Assembly (NCBI GenBank): GCA_036500765.1
Contig: DASYBM010000002.1
Location: 226,874-290,873 of the forward strand
DNA from: Candidatus Sulfotelmatobacter sp.
GTDB taxonomy: Bacteria > Acidobacteriota > Terriglobia > Terriglobales > Acidobacteriaceae
Direction: 5' to 3'
Length of the DNA: 64,000 nt
Positions 48,301 to 57,477 of the stretch are shown here, in pieces (the first letter of the stretch is position 1; each line of letters begins with the position of its first letter). The translations under genes and the position numbers were made by a program. A model generated the notes under the pieces. The model worked only from the letters and a program-made list of their open reading frames with translations, was not told the DNA's origin and made no database searches.

Positions 48301-48434
48301 CCCACCTGCGGCGGTGCGAGATTGGGAAATTGCGCAATGGGCAGAGTCGGCAGCACCGCCAGCCCTGCCAGAACAATCAGCAGCGCGCATACCGTGGCAA
48401 ACACCGGACGTCGAATAAAGAAGTCGACAAACAT
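45306..48434 (-). CDS. RND efflux transporter, inner-membrane permease (HAE1/AcrB family)
   Basis: 1042 aa. N-terminus MFVDFFIRRPVFATVCALLIVLAGL and a 12-TM, two-large-loop architecture typical of the ACR_tran family. Confidence 0.95.
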   Translation of the reverse strand: MFVDFFIRRPVFATVCALLIVLAGLAVLPTLPIAQFPNLAPPQVGVTSVYIGASAQTVESAVTIPIEQQVNGAEGMKYVTSTSGNDGTSSVIATFDLTRDPDLATVDIQNRVNTAQGRLPAAVKAVGITTAKTSQNFVFGGAVFSDNNRYSTLFISNYLDIYVRDSLKRIPGVADVIIFGERKYSMRLWLDPVRMAGRALTATDVVNALAEQNVEVAAGQVGQQPAIPGQQYQVSVRAVGRLSEPAQFDNIILKTNSDGTLVRLKDVGRAELGAESYANDVLFNGQPAIGIAVTQLSTANALDVDRRAIAELDRLSKNFPPGMHYNVAFDTTDAVGESIRDVTYTVGTAIVLVILVIFIFLGDWRTTMIHFIATPVSLIGTFVFVKLLGFSINTLTLFGITLATGLVVDDAIVVIENIERHIQGGEHDSHKAASAATGEITGAVIATSLVLVAVFVPVAFFPGTTGILFRQFALTIAFSISISAFNALTLAPSLAAIFLSGGHHEKLWIFRQFDKLMGGVTNAYQQALRFLLNYRLVASLLFLAGLGLTYYVFRLVPTGFVPDEDQGYFIVVIQAPSGASLEYTKAIGKQVSDLLADVPESNGTFVVAGFSFAGSAANQGIIFVPLKRYSRRKGEEHSATAILNRIRPRMFGVSGAIVFPTLPPPIQGLGQFGGFQFVVQDQGAHTLDQLAAATQGIMQQAAQQKGLTRLFTQFTANDPQYLVTIDREKAKSLHVPLSQITDALGVYMGSSYVNDFDFANRSYRVYVQADKEFRATAQEMNQFYVRSDSGAMVPLENLISVTQTTTPQVINHYNLFRSAEIDGSPAPGYSSGQAIATMEQLASKMPQGFTYSWTGLSLEELAAGGTSLILFGLGTLVVYLTLAALYESYVLPFIVLLAVPMALLGALGAQALRGLQNDVFCQVGLVMLVGLSSKNAILIVEFAEQLRERGTPLLESAVQAATIRLRPIVMTSLAFILGVVPLVLATGAGENGRHSVGTTVFGGMIMSTILNLFFIPVLYLIIEGWRERGKGPVARVEPEPAS

Positions 48435-48598
48435 GAAGAAATCAGCCCTCAGCAGACTTTAGACTTTGCTGCTCAATGACGACTCATATCTAGATTGGAA
48501 ATCGGCTTCCGGCTTTTCGCCTGGATGCAAAAAATCAGTATTGCCAAGTTTCAACGTCTGAATCGAGAATTCCGGAAGCCTGAAGCCGAGAGCGCCCG

Positions 48599-49708
48599 TC
48601 AACTCATGGGTATTACCGGCGCCCCATCCAGCAGAAACTGCGTCCCGGAAACGATCACCTTGTCGCCGGGCTTGATGCCATCCTGCACTTCGTAGTCGTT
48701 GCCGACGGTTTGGCCGATTTTCAGCGGCTTTTGCCGGGCCACGAAGGCTCCGCCATTTTGCGCTTCGGCTACGAATGCAAAATACTGGCCCGCCAGCCGC
48801 GACACGGCGAGAATCGGAACTTCGGGATTTTTGTGCGTCCCCCAGATCACACGGGCGCGAATGAACTGGGATTGCCGCAGGGCGTCGTTCCCATTCGTGA
48901 TGCGGGCCTTCACCAGCACGGTCTGCGTCGTATTATCCACCTGTGGAGAAATGAAGCTAATTCGCGAATCGGCCAGCACTTTGCCCTCGCCGTCAACCAC
49001 CTGCACTGGCAGATTCATCCTGAGCTGCGAGGAATGTTCGATTGGCACGTACACATAGGCTTCCAGGCTTCCTGGTTGGTCGACCGTCGTCAACTGCGTC
49101 GATACGGTTACGCGGTCCCCCACGCGCACCGGAATATCGCCGATGATTCCGCTGCGCGGCGCGACCACCTTGTAATAGTGAAGCTGCACTTCCTGCTCGC
49201 GCACTTGCGAGTCCAGCGCGTCCATTTGGGCCTGGGCCGAATCCAGCGTGGCCTTGGCCTGGTCCAGGTCCTGCTTGCTAACGACGCCGGCCGCGGCTAG
49301 ACCCTGCGTCCGCTGAAACTGCTGCTTGGCCCAACTCAGGTTTGCCTCTTGCGCCGCCCGCGAACTCTCCAGGCCCTTGACCGTGGCCTGCTGTTTCAGC
49401 GGATCGATTTCCATCAGAGCCGCTCCCGCCTCAACCCGGTCGCCGGAGTGGACGAAAATCTGCGTGATCTGCCCCTCGACCTGGGGCATGATCACGGCTG
49501 AATCCCGCGATTTCAGGGTGGCGACGTACTCGGTCGCGTCGCTGACCGGCACCGCTTTCGCTTCCAGCACCTTCACCGGCATCCCGCCCCCGCCTCCAGC
49601 CTGAGGATTCTGCGCTGCTTTGCCGGAACAACCAATGGTGATCGAGCTGGCCGCTAAAGCGGCGACCAGCAAGGCGTTTGCCGTGAATTTGCGAAACTGA
49701 TTTGCCAT
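48599..49708 (-). CDS. RND efflux periplasmic adaptor (membrane fusion protein), lipoprotein
   Basis: Lipobox ITIGC. Coiled-coil hairpin (AQEANLSWAKQQFQRTQGL...DQAKATLDSAQAQMDAL) flanked by lipoyl/beta-barrel segments. Confidence 0.9.
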   Translation of the reverse strand: MANQFRKFTANALLVAALAASSITIGCSGKAAQNPQAGGGGGMPVKVLEAKAVPVSDATEYVATLKSRDSAVIMPQVEGQITQIFVHSGDRVEAGAALMEIDPLKQQATVKGLESSRAAQEANLSWAKQQFQRTQGLAAAGVVSKQDLDQAKATLDSAQAQMDALDSQVREQEVQLHYYKVVAPRSGIIGDIPVRVGDRVTVSTQLTTVDQPGSLEAYVYVPIEHSSQLRMNLPVQVVDGEGKVLADSRISFISPQVDNTTQTVLVKARITNGNDALRQSQFIRARVIWGTHKNPEVPILAVSRLAGQYFAFVAEAQNGGAFVARQKPLKIGQTVGNDYEVQDGIKPGDKVIVSGTQFLLDGAPVIPMS

Positions 49709-49884
49709 AAGTCAGAAGATGTTGAAGAAATGCCCCAAAAACTGCCCCACACGACGTGTTCCACCTACAGATTACCCAGGCCTGGTGAAGGACGCAAAAA
49801 ATCGTCGCCGCCGATTTCAAGTCTTTCCTGGCGTGCTTTGCGTTTTAAAGCTTTTGACTTGGTCGCCGGCGAAGACAAAATCCT

Positions 49885-49967
49885 AGATCGCAAAGAAATG
49901 CCGCAAAGAACGCAAAGATCTAACGCAAAGATCTATGAATATAAAAGATCTATGAATATAGAAGATC
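49885..49967. repeat. Short tandem/direct repeat cluster with five (A)GATC cores upstream of the RND operon
   Basis: CGCAAAGA occurs four times (49889, 49902, 49911, 49924). The 16-nt unit aaagatctatgaatat occurs twice with 17-nt period (49927-49942, 49944-49959). AGATC cores are at 49885, 49916, 49929, 49946 and 49963. Confidence 0.7.
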
Positions 49968-49999
49968 GACGGTCTCGCCGTTTGAGACACCTCCCAAAC

Positions 50000-51508
50000 T
50001 CATGGATTCAGCGCCAGAAACGCCACGCTATAGCCGTTGAGGGTGAGCGTCATCTGAGCCGCGGGCGCCACCGCCGCCGGCACTGGTCCGCTGCTGGCGC
50101 CGGTTGTACTGTCAATCGTCACCAGCGTGCCGCTGGAGAACGATCCCAGCGCGGAAATGTCCACCAGTACGCTCAGCGACACGCCCGGCCCATTATTGTC
50201 GGTTGGCGAGTTCACCGCATGATTCGCCAGCATAATCACTACGCTTCCGTCGCTATTGATGACCGGCAAGGTTTCCAGTTCTGCGTCGTCGGTCGCGGTG
50301 TACGAAAGCAATTGCGAACCCGCAGTCGCAGGAAACTCCTGCCCCAGCCAATAATCGACCCAGTAGCCAAGTTGCAGCGTTCCGGTATTATAATCAACCT
50401 CTCCGAACTGTTGGTCGGCGTCGTAATCCCAATGGTAGAGCATCGGCACGATGCCCCTCTTGCCGAACTGCGAGAATACATACGGCCGCCACGCCGCGAA
50501 AAACGGACTCGATCCGCGTAGGTCGGTCACAAACGTCTGTCCCGGATTGCAAGCGCTCATGCCGTTGTCGCTGTAATCGGCATTGACGTTATTTTCCGTC
50601 ACCCAGATGGGAACGTTCGCGAATTTCGGCGAGAGATTAGAATGGATCGTCTGCACACTGCGGACAAATCCCGGAATCGTAGCCATCACCATCGCATCGG
50701 GGTCTGTTTGATCGCACGACGAATAGTAATGCGAGGCCACCACATCGACCTGCGCAGTTACGTTCTGCGCGAAGGTCAGCGCCCAGTCCTCGGAGCCACA
50801 GCACATTTCCAGTCCCACGAACTTCAGCGCCGGATCGACCGACTGCATCGCCGGAACCAGTGCGTTGTACATCGTGACGTACTCGCTCGCGTCGAGATTG
50901 TTATTGATGCTGGGCTCGTTATAGATGCCCCAGTAGGTGATGGGCTGCCCGCCGGGAGAGGAATAGGTGTTCCCGTTGGCCGTGAATCCGCCGGGAATGT
51001 TGTAATACTGGACCAGATTGGCCGCGTAGCCAGCGAACTGCGCGAAGGTCAGGTCCGTAAAAGCGTTCGCGCCGTTGCTGTCGTTTCCCGTGTACATGAA
51101 CGGCGGCGCCTTCGCGATCTGAAACTCGGGACTGTGATCGCCGACTCCGAGCACCGGCTGCGCGATTGCGTCGAGCACCGAGAAATTCCACGCCGTCGAA
51201 AAGTTGTCGGCCGCGCCCTGCGGCACCCCCTGCGAAACGCCCTGGAGCCGAATGTGGTGCGGTCCCAGTTTTCCCAGCGTCATGGTTGCGTCGGGATTGT
51301 TGCCGAAGAATTGGTAGTCCCACTCCGCCGGCTGAAATGCAGTCGACATCGCCATGTTAAAGGGCGCAGTCGTGGTCTTGGAAATTACGACTGACTCCTG
51401 CGGCGTCGTCGATCCCCCGCCGCCCGAACTCATCCCGCCCCCACCGCATCCGCAAGCCAATGCCAGCACCGCCCACAGTGCAGCAATCTTCAATGCAGCG
51501 GTTTTCAT
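50000..51508 (-). CDS. Clan GH-A-like glycoside hydrolase lipoprotein (family not resolved)
   Basis: The internal ATG at 51508 gives MKTAALKIAALWAVLALACGC (lipobox). YWGIYNEPS is an NEP acid/base-type motif and PIWVTENN a nucleophile-type motif. The longer track start at 51622 forms an ATGA overlap with the speB stop but would bury the signal peptide. Confidence 0.55.
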   Translation of the reverse strand: MKTAALKIAALWAVLALACGCGGGGMSSGGGGSTTPQESVVISKTTTAPFNMAMSTAFQPAEWDYQFFGNNPDATMTLGKLGPHHIRLQGVSQGVPQGAADNFSTAWNFSVLDAIAQPVLGVGDHSPEFQIAKAPPFMYTGNDSNGANAFTDLTFAQFAGYAANLVQYYNIPGGFTANGNTYSSPGGQPITYWGIYNEPSINNNLDASEYVTMYNALVPAMQSVDPALKFVGLEMCCGSEDWALTFAQNVTAQVDVVASHYYSSCDQTDPDAMVMATIPGFVRSVQTIHSNLSPKFANVPIWVTENNVNADYSDNGMSACNPGQTFVTDLRGSSPFFAAWRPYVFSQFGKRGIVPMLYHWDYDADQQFGEVDYNTGTLQLGYWVDYWLGQEFPATAGSQLLSYTATDDAELETLPVINSDGSVVIMLANHAVNSPTDNNGPGVSLSVLVDISALGSFSSGTLVTIDSTTGASSGPVPAAVAPAAQMTLTLNGYSVAFLALNP

Positions 51509-51618
51509 GCCTGCCGATTCTACTCCACCCAATCCGATGTTCCTGACCGATTCGGGCACTACATGAAAAACCTTCAACCACGAAGGCCGCGAAGTGTCAG
51601 AAGGAAACCGGTTGTCCT

Positions 51619-52461
51619 TCATGGTTGAAGATTTGCCTGTGCGTTACCCGTAATCATCTTTCCCAAAATTTCCTTCACAATTTTCGCAGCCACGGTTGCG
51701 GTCATTCCCGCAATGTCCTGCACCGGGTTGTATTCGACCACATCTGCTCCCACAATCTTTCCTTCAATGGCATGGAGATGCGCAATTGCCTCGCGCACCG
51801 ACATCCCGCCCGACTCGCGGTGCGAGACACCCGGCGCGAACGCCGGATCGAGCACATCCATATCGAATGTGATATACACCGGCGTTTCGGCCTTCAAGGT
51901 CCCGGCCGTCAACTTCTCGTAAGCCGGCAGGCCCTGCATCTCGACAACTTCCACGCCAAACTTCTGCGCTTGCTCCCGCTGATGCCGGTTGATCGTGCGA
52001 ATGCCTAGTTGCACCAATCTCTTGGCCAGTCCGGCCTCCATGATTCGCGCGAACGGGCAAGCATGCGACAGCCGATTTCCTTCGAACTCGTCGTACAAAT
52101 CGGGATGCGCGTCGAAATGAAAAATCGTCAACTCGGGATAGTGCCGCGCAAATGCCTTGACGATCGGAAAAGTAATCGAATGATCCCCGCCCAGCAACAT
52201 CGGACGCTTTCCCTGCTCGAGCAACTTGCCAACTCCTCCTTCAATCGTCGCGAAAGCATCCTCTTCGAGAAATTCCAGATCGCCCGCATCCTCATACGCT
52301 CCCGGAGAACCCAGGTCGACGCCCAACTCAGTCCACGAGTTCGAGGCATCACAGCGCAACGCCTCGCGGATCTTTGGCGGAGCTTCGCCCGCCCCTCGCA
52401 AATAGGACGAGTACCCGTCGAAGGGAATTCCCAGCAGGGCAGGCATGTCGAGAGGGCGCAT
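51619..52461 (-). CDS. speB: Agmatinase / ureohydrolase (arginase family)
   Basis: Mn-binding motifs GGDHSITFP, HFDAHPDLY, FDMDVLDPAFAPG and ESGG. Confidence 0.85.
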   Translation of the reverse strand: MRPLDMPALLGIPFDGYSSYLRGAGEAPPKIREALRCDASNSWTELGVDLGSPGAYEDAGDLEFLEEDAFATIEGGVGKLLEQGKRPMLLGGDHSITFPIVKAFARHYPELTIFHFDAHPDLYDEFEGNRLSHACPFARIMEAGLAKRLVQLGIRTINRHQREQAQKFGVEVVEMQGLPAYEKLTAGTLKAETPVYITFDMDVLDPAFAPGVSHRESGGMSVREAIAHLHAIEGKIVGADVVEYNPVQDIAGMTATVAAKIVKEILGKMITGNAQANLQP

Positions 52462-52711
52462 GGTTATTGTTGGCTGTGCTGAGAACTCGTTAGTTCTACG
52501 GTATTCACTTTAGAAAGTTTGGCAATCGGTGCGAAATTTGTAACCTGGGCTTCATATTCGCGACCATGCTTTCCAGTCTTTTCAGTGAGATGGCTCTCCG
52601 ACAGCTCGATTCAATTTCGAACGGGTGTGGATTTATTTTAATCTGGATTTCATAGTTGCATTGTCCCGCTCCGGCTAACGTCACCTGAGTAGTTCTTTCA
52701 GGAGGAAATAC

Positions 52712-54742
52712 ATGCCTACACCAGGTTTCCTGGCGAAAGCCAGGCAGCACCTCGCCGTTGCCACCAGCCTATTTGCCATCGTCGCGAATCTCGGAGCGCC
52801 GCTTCCCGCCGCCGCTCAAGATCCCGCGTACGATGTGACCACGACTACACCCATCAAACACGTGATCGTAATCATCGGAGAAAACCGCACTTTCGACCAT
52901 GTGTTCGCCACTTACCAACCGGTTGGCAGCGACACCGTCTCGAACCTCTTCTCCAAGGGCATCGTCAATGCAGACGGGACGCCCGGGCCCAATTTCTCGC
53001 TGGCCAGCCAATCGGCGGCGGTTGATAACAGCGCCGACGGTTATCAACTTAGCCCATCGGATAATACCGCGTACCCAGTGCTGCCCCCGGTGCTCGCGGG
53101 AGGTTACACCACGCCGCCATTTGCGACCGTCGCGGATGCCAAGAAGTACGAGTATGGCCTTCCCGAAAACTACTACGTTTACCTCACCAGCGGCGGCACG
53201 GGTTTGGCGCATGGAGTTGTCGATACTCGCATCCCCAACGCGACTACGCTGCCCAGCGGCCCATTCCAGCTAACCTCTGCGACCCACCCCTACGATGTGT
53301 ATGACAACAGCCCGGTGCATCGCTTTTACCAGATGTGGCAACAACTGGACTGCAACACGTCGAAAGCGGTCTCAGCCAATCCCAGCGGTTGCAGCGCCGA
53401 CCTCTTCCCTTGGGTCGAAACCACGGTGGGCGCCGGCACCAACGGACTGCCCCAGTCCGCCACCTTCAACGACACCACGACCGGAGAAGGCTCGACTTCG
53501 ATGGGCTTTTACAACATGCAACAGGGCGATGCCCCTTACCTGAAGTATCTTGCCGATCACTACGCGATCAGTGACAACTATCACCAGGCCGTGCTGGGTG
53601 GAACAGGCGCCAACCATGTCATGCTGGGGTTGGCTGACGCGATTTGGTTTAGCTCATCCAACGGCGACCCGGCCATGCCTCCTCACAACGAGCTTGTTGC
53701 CGCCGGCAGCCCGAACGCCGGCGTCGTGGACGAGATCGAAAATCCCAACGCTCAGGTCGGCACCAATAACTGGTACACGGAAGATGGTTACGGCGGCGGC
53801 TCGTATGGTTCCCCGTCCTATGGCGGAGGCACCTATACGAATTGCTCCGATACCAGCCAGCCCGGAGTTTCGGTGATCACCAGCTACCTGGGCGCGCTTT
53901 CGAATCCCATCGCTCCCAACTGCGACTCGGACCACTACTACCTGCTGAACAACTACAATCCCGGCTACTATGGGGACGGGACCAACGCCTACCTCGACAT
54001 CGACAATCCGAACTCGACGGTCTTCACCATTCCTCCGTCGCCCATGCGGTCTCTGGGCGATGCGTTGAATGAAAAGAACATCACCTGGGCGTACTTCGGC
54101 GAACAATGGGATGCCTATCTGGCAAATCCCTATAACAATTACGTGACCCCCGATAACCAATATTGCAATATCTGCAATCCATTCCAGTACGTCAACTCGA
54201 TCATGACGAGTGCAACGAACCGGAAGCACTTGCAGGACACGCTGAATCTCTATAAGTCGATTCAGGCCGGGAAACTGCCGGCAGTGTCGTACGTGAAACC
54301 CGATGGATGGCTCGACGGCCACCCGTCCTCTTCGAAGCTCGATCTGTTCGAGGGCTTCGTGAAGAAGATCGTCGACATGGTTCAGGCCCAACCGGACCTG
54401 TGGGCGACCACCGCGATCTTCGTCACCTTTGACGAAGGCGGTGGCTACTACGACTCCGGCTACGTTCAGCCTCTGGATTACTTTGGCGACGGCACCCGGA
54501 TTCCCGTGCTGGCCATTTCTCCCTTCACCAAAGCCGGCCACATCTCGCACGTGTATGCCGATCACGTTTCAATCGTGAAATTCATTGAAGCGAACTGGGG
54601 AGTGACTCCGCTCACCTCTCGCAGCCGCGATAACTACCCCAATCCAGTAACCAGCACGAGCGATCCCTACGTCCCGTTGAATAGCCCAGCGATCGGCAAT
54701 TTAATGGACCTGTTCGACTTCAGCGGCGGGCATAAGAAATAA
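52712..54742 (+). CDS. Phosphoesterase-family protein (PlcN/AcpA-type phospholipase C or acid phosphatase), secreted
   Basis: IKHVIVIIGENRTFDHVFATY near the N-terminus is the phosphoesterase-family hallmark. C-terminal FVTFDEGGGYYD. Signal peptide present. Confidence 0.75.
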   Translation: MPTPGFLAKARQHLAVATSLFAIVANLGAPLPAAAQDPAYDVTTTTPIKHVIVIIGENRTFDHVFATYQPVGSDTVSNLFSKGIVNADGTPGPNFSLASQSAAVDNSADGYQLSPSDNTAYPVLPPVLAGGYTTPPFATVADAKKYEYGLPENYYVYLTSGGTGLAHGVVDTRIPNATTLPSGPFQLTSATHPYDVYDNSPVHRFYQMWQQLDCNTSKAVSANPSGCSADLFPWVETTVGAGTNGLPQSATFNDTTTGEGSTSMGFYNMQQGDAPYLKYLADHYAISDNYHQAVLGGTGANHVMLGLADAIWFSSSNGDPAMPPHNELVAAGSPNAGVVDEIENPNAQVGTNNWYTEDGYGGGSYGSPSYGGGTYTNCSDTSQPGVSVITSYLGALSNPIAPNCDSDHYYLLNNYNPGYYGDGTNAYLDIDNPNSTVFTIPPSPMRSLGDALNEKNITWAYFGEQWDAYLANPYNNYVTPDNQYCNICNPFQYVNSIMTSATNRKHLQDTLNLYKSIQAGKLPAVSYVKPDGWLDGHPSSSKLDLFEGFVKKIVDMVQAQPDLWATTAIFVTFDEGGGYYDSGYVQPLDYFGDGTRIPVLAISPFTKAGHISHVYADHVSIVKFIEANWGVTPLTSRSRDNYPNPVTSTSDPYVPLNSPAIGNLMDLFDFSGGHKK

Positions 54743-54773
54743 CGAACCGTTGCAGTCAATTAGTACGCCTCAT

Positions 54774-54810
54774 GAAGCGGATGTCCCGTTAATATCGGGA
54801 CATCCGCTTC
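54774..54810 (+). terminator. Strong hairpin terminator after the phosphoesterase gene
   Basis: Perfect 15-bp stem gaagcggatgtcccg / cgggacatccgcttc with loop ttaatat. A T-rich tract follows 12 nt later. Confidence 0.65.
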
Positions 54811-54952
54811 GGCTGGCGCGATTTTTTAACACCGCTCGTCTTTACGCCTCCTTATGGCTGTGATAGAGTGTTCGCCTCTGTCGGAGAAGCCCCGGCAGAT
54901 CTCCTCCCCTTCGATTCGAACTTCGATCTGAACTTCCCGAGAGGTGATCTCA

Positions 54953-57466
54953 ATGAAGCGCAAATCCCTGCCCGCTATCTTCGTCCACAGTCTGCTCGCA
55001 GCCGTTGTTCTCTTTGCCTGCCAAACGTTCGCGACGGCCGGAACGGAAACCGTGCTCCACCAGTTCGTCAATGTGGGACAAGGCGCTTTCCCAGGCGCTA
55101 ACCTGGTTCAGGACGCACAAGGCAACGTCTACGGCACGACTTCCAGTGGCGGCACGTACGGCTTCGGAGTGGTGTTCAAGCTCAGTCGCAACTCCTCCGG
55201 CAAGTGGCAGCAGAAAGTTCTTCACAACTTCACGGGCCTCACCGACGGCTTCCAGCCCAATAGTCTCGCGATCGATGCAGAAGGCAATCTGTTTGGCGCC
55301 ACCACGGCCGGCGGCTCGACTTCCTATAGCACCTACGGCTACGGCGTCGTGTTCGAACTTTCGCCCGAGACAAACGGCTCTTGGGCTTTCATCGTTCTCC
55401 ACGACTTCGCGGGTGGAACGACGGATGGCTCTGCCCCGGCGGGCATCCTGCTCGACTCCCTGGGGAACGTCTACGGCGTCGCTACCGGCGGCATTGAAAA
55501 CACCTCGGCATGCGGAGGACCATGTGGGCTGGTTTTTCGGCTTAGTCCATCCAACAGTGGTTGGACTGAATCGTTCATATACAAATTCCAGGGTCAGGCG
55601 GACGGGGGCATTCCGGCTGCATCTTTGGCCATTGACTCGGCCGGCAATCTTTATGGCGCGACCACGGCAGAAACGCTGCCCTGGACTGTATTCAAACTAA
55701 CCCCGGCGTCCTCCCACTGGACCGAGACGACCCTGTTCACCATGGCTGATTCACAGACGCAGGGCGGCCGTCCCAACGGCGTTACCCTCGACTCGGCTGG
55801 AAATATTTACGGCACATCGGCGCAGGGCGGCGTCAATAACGACGGCGTTGTGTTCGAGTTGGTCCGCGGCTCCGGTTCGCAGTACACCGAGAGCGTCCTG
55901 CACGTCTTTGCCGGCGGCAACGACGGCAACTCTCCGTACGGAACCGTCAGTATCGACAGCGCGGGCAATTTGTACGGCACCACGTATGGAGGAGGATCCG
56001 GTTCAACCACCTGCGCCAGTTGCGGCACGGTGTACAGACTTTCTCCGAGCCTCAGTACCTGGAAGGAAACGATTCTTCACGACTTCGTTGGCGAAACCGA
56101 TGGAGCCAATCCACAAGGTGCGGTTCTCATCGATCCTTCCGGCGACCTCATCGGCACGACTCGTCTGGGCACCGAGGCCAATTTCGGCACCGTATTTGAG
56201 CTGGCCGGCGGCTCCTATAACGAGACTCAGGTTTACGGTTTTCCCGCTACTGACGGCGCCCAAATTCGGGGCGGCCTTGTGGAGGACGCCGCCGGAAACT
56301 TTTATGGCGTTGCGGCCACGGGCGGCGTTAATCAGTGTCCCCTTTCCAACTTTGGCTGTGGTTTGATCTTTAAACTCTCGCGCCAATCCAATGGAACCTG
56401 GGCGCGGACAATCATTCACAACTTCACGGGAACCCAAAACGGCGACGGCGACTATCCTCAGGGTAGTCTCATCTTCGACTCCGCCGGAAATCTTTACGGT
56501 ACGACCTCGAACAGTGTCTACGGAGGAGGCACTGTCTTCAAGCTGACGCCAACGGCCTCCGGTGGATGGAGTTTCCGAACCATCTATGAATTCGGCCGTC
56601 ACAATCACAGCGATGGAGCCAGTCCGTGGGGGACTTTGGTTATGGATAAGGCCGGCAATCTCTACGGCACGACCGTCAGTGGTGGAACTGGTTCGTACCT
56701 GAACTGCAACTACTGCGGCACCGTGTTCAAGCTCGCTCCCACCTCCAACCACGAATGGACGGAGAGCGTCATCTACAATTTCCAGGGCTTGCAAGACGGA
56801 TCTTTCCCCATCGCCGGCCTCAGTATCGACGCTGCCGGCAATCTGTATGGCACGACTGCCGAAGGCGGTATCGGGACGGGCGACCAGGGTCTAGGCGTCG
56901 TCTTCAAGCTTTCACCGAACTCCACGGGAACCTGGACGCAAAGCGTTCTCTACACTTTCACCGGCGGCCTTGACGGTGCCGGACCAAACGGCGGCGTGAT
57001 TCTCGATTCCGCGGGCAATCTTTACGGCACCACGCCAACCGGGGGCCCCGTTGGCTGCGGTTACGGCTGCGGCGTCGTCTACAAGTTGACACCCACAACC
57101 AGCGGTCCGTGGACGGAAACCGTGATCTACCCGTTTGCCGGAGTTCCCGACGGCACCATTCCACTCTCCACGCTGACCTGGGACGCGGCGGGCAACTTAT
57201 ATGGAACGACTGAGGAAGGTGGAAGCGCGTCCAACATCTTCTGCTTCGGCGGCGGCTGCGGCACCGTCTTCAAACTCGCTCCTTCGGCGGGCGGCTGGAC
57301 AGAGAGCGTGCTGTATAGCTTCAACGGCCCGGCCTCGGATGGAGCCGATCCCTTTGCCGGCGTCATTCTCGACTCTGCGGGAAAAATCTACGGCACCACC
57401 AGCGTCGGCGGCATCAACGGCTACACCTACGAAAACGGGGGGACGGTCTTCGAGATCACGCCGTAG
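54953..57466 (+). CDS. Secreted tandem-repeat protein, GloVer-type (choice-of-anchor) repeats, about 14 units
   Basis: Fourteen units of about 55 aa ending in G-N-(L/V/I)-Y-G-T-T...GG...G-(T/V)-V-F-(K/E)-L: GNVYGTT, GNLFGAT, GNVYGVA, GNLYGAT, GNIYGTS, GNLYGTT, GDLIGTT, GNFYGVA, GNLYGTT x5, GKIYGTT. Signal peptide MKRKSLPAIFVHSLLAAVVLFACQTFATA. Confidence 0.7.
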   Translation: MKRKSLPAIFVHSLLAAVVLFACQTFATAGTETVLHQFVNVGQGAFPGANLVQDAQGNVYGTTSSGGTYGFGVVFKLSRNSSGKWQQKVLHNFTGLTDGFQPNSLAIDAEGNLFGATTAGGSTSYSTYGYGVVFELSPETNGSWAFIVLHDFAGGTTDGSAPAGILLDSLGNVYGVATGGIENTSACGGPCGLVFRLSPSNSGWTESFIYKFQGQADGGIPAASLAIDSAGNLYGATTAETLPWTVFKLTPASSHWTETTLFTMADSQTQGGRPNGVTLDSAGNIYGTSAQGGVNNDGVVFELVRGSGSQYTESVLHVFAGGNDGNSPYGTVSIDSAGNLYGTTYGGGSGSTTCASCGTVYRLSPSLSTWKETILHDFVGETDGANPQGAVLIDPSGDLIGTTRLGTEANFGTVFELAGGSYNETQVYGFPATDGAQIRGGLVEDAAGNFYGVAATGGVNQCPLSNFGCGLIFKLSRQSNGTWARTIIHNFTGTQNGDGDYPQGSLIFDSAGNLYGTTSNSVYGGGTVFKLTPTASGGWSFRTIYEFGRHNHSDGASPWGTLVMDKAGNLYGTTVSGGTGSYLNCNYCGTVFKLAPTSNHEWTESVIYNFQGLQDGSFPIAGLSIDAAGNLYGTTAEGGIGTGDQGLGVVFKLSPNSTGTWTQSVLYTFTGGLDGAGPNGGVILDSAGNLYGTTPTGGPVGCGYGCGVVYKLTPTTSGPWTETVIYPFAGVPDGTIPLSTLTWDAAGNLYGTTEEGGSASNIFCFGGGCGTVFKLAPSAGGWTESVLYSFNGPASDGADPFAGVILDSAGKIYGTTSVGGINGYTYENGGTVFEITP

Positions 57467-57477
57467 CCTGACGTGAT

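Noticed and set aside
46713-48479. 259-aa and 234-aa plus-strand ORFs inside the RND permease gene
   Set aside because: They are Arg/His/Gln-rich antisense frames of a 1042-aa AcrB-family gene.
49885-49967. Possible CRISPR-like array
   Set aside because: The repeat units are only 8-16 nt and are contiguous, without spacers. No cas genes are in the window.
51508-51622. N-terminal 38-aa extension of the hydrolase lipoprotein (ATGA overlap with the speB stop)
   Set aside because: It would place the lipobox signal peptide 38 residues into the protein. It is retained only as an alternative in the feature note.
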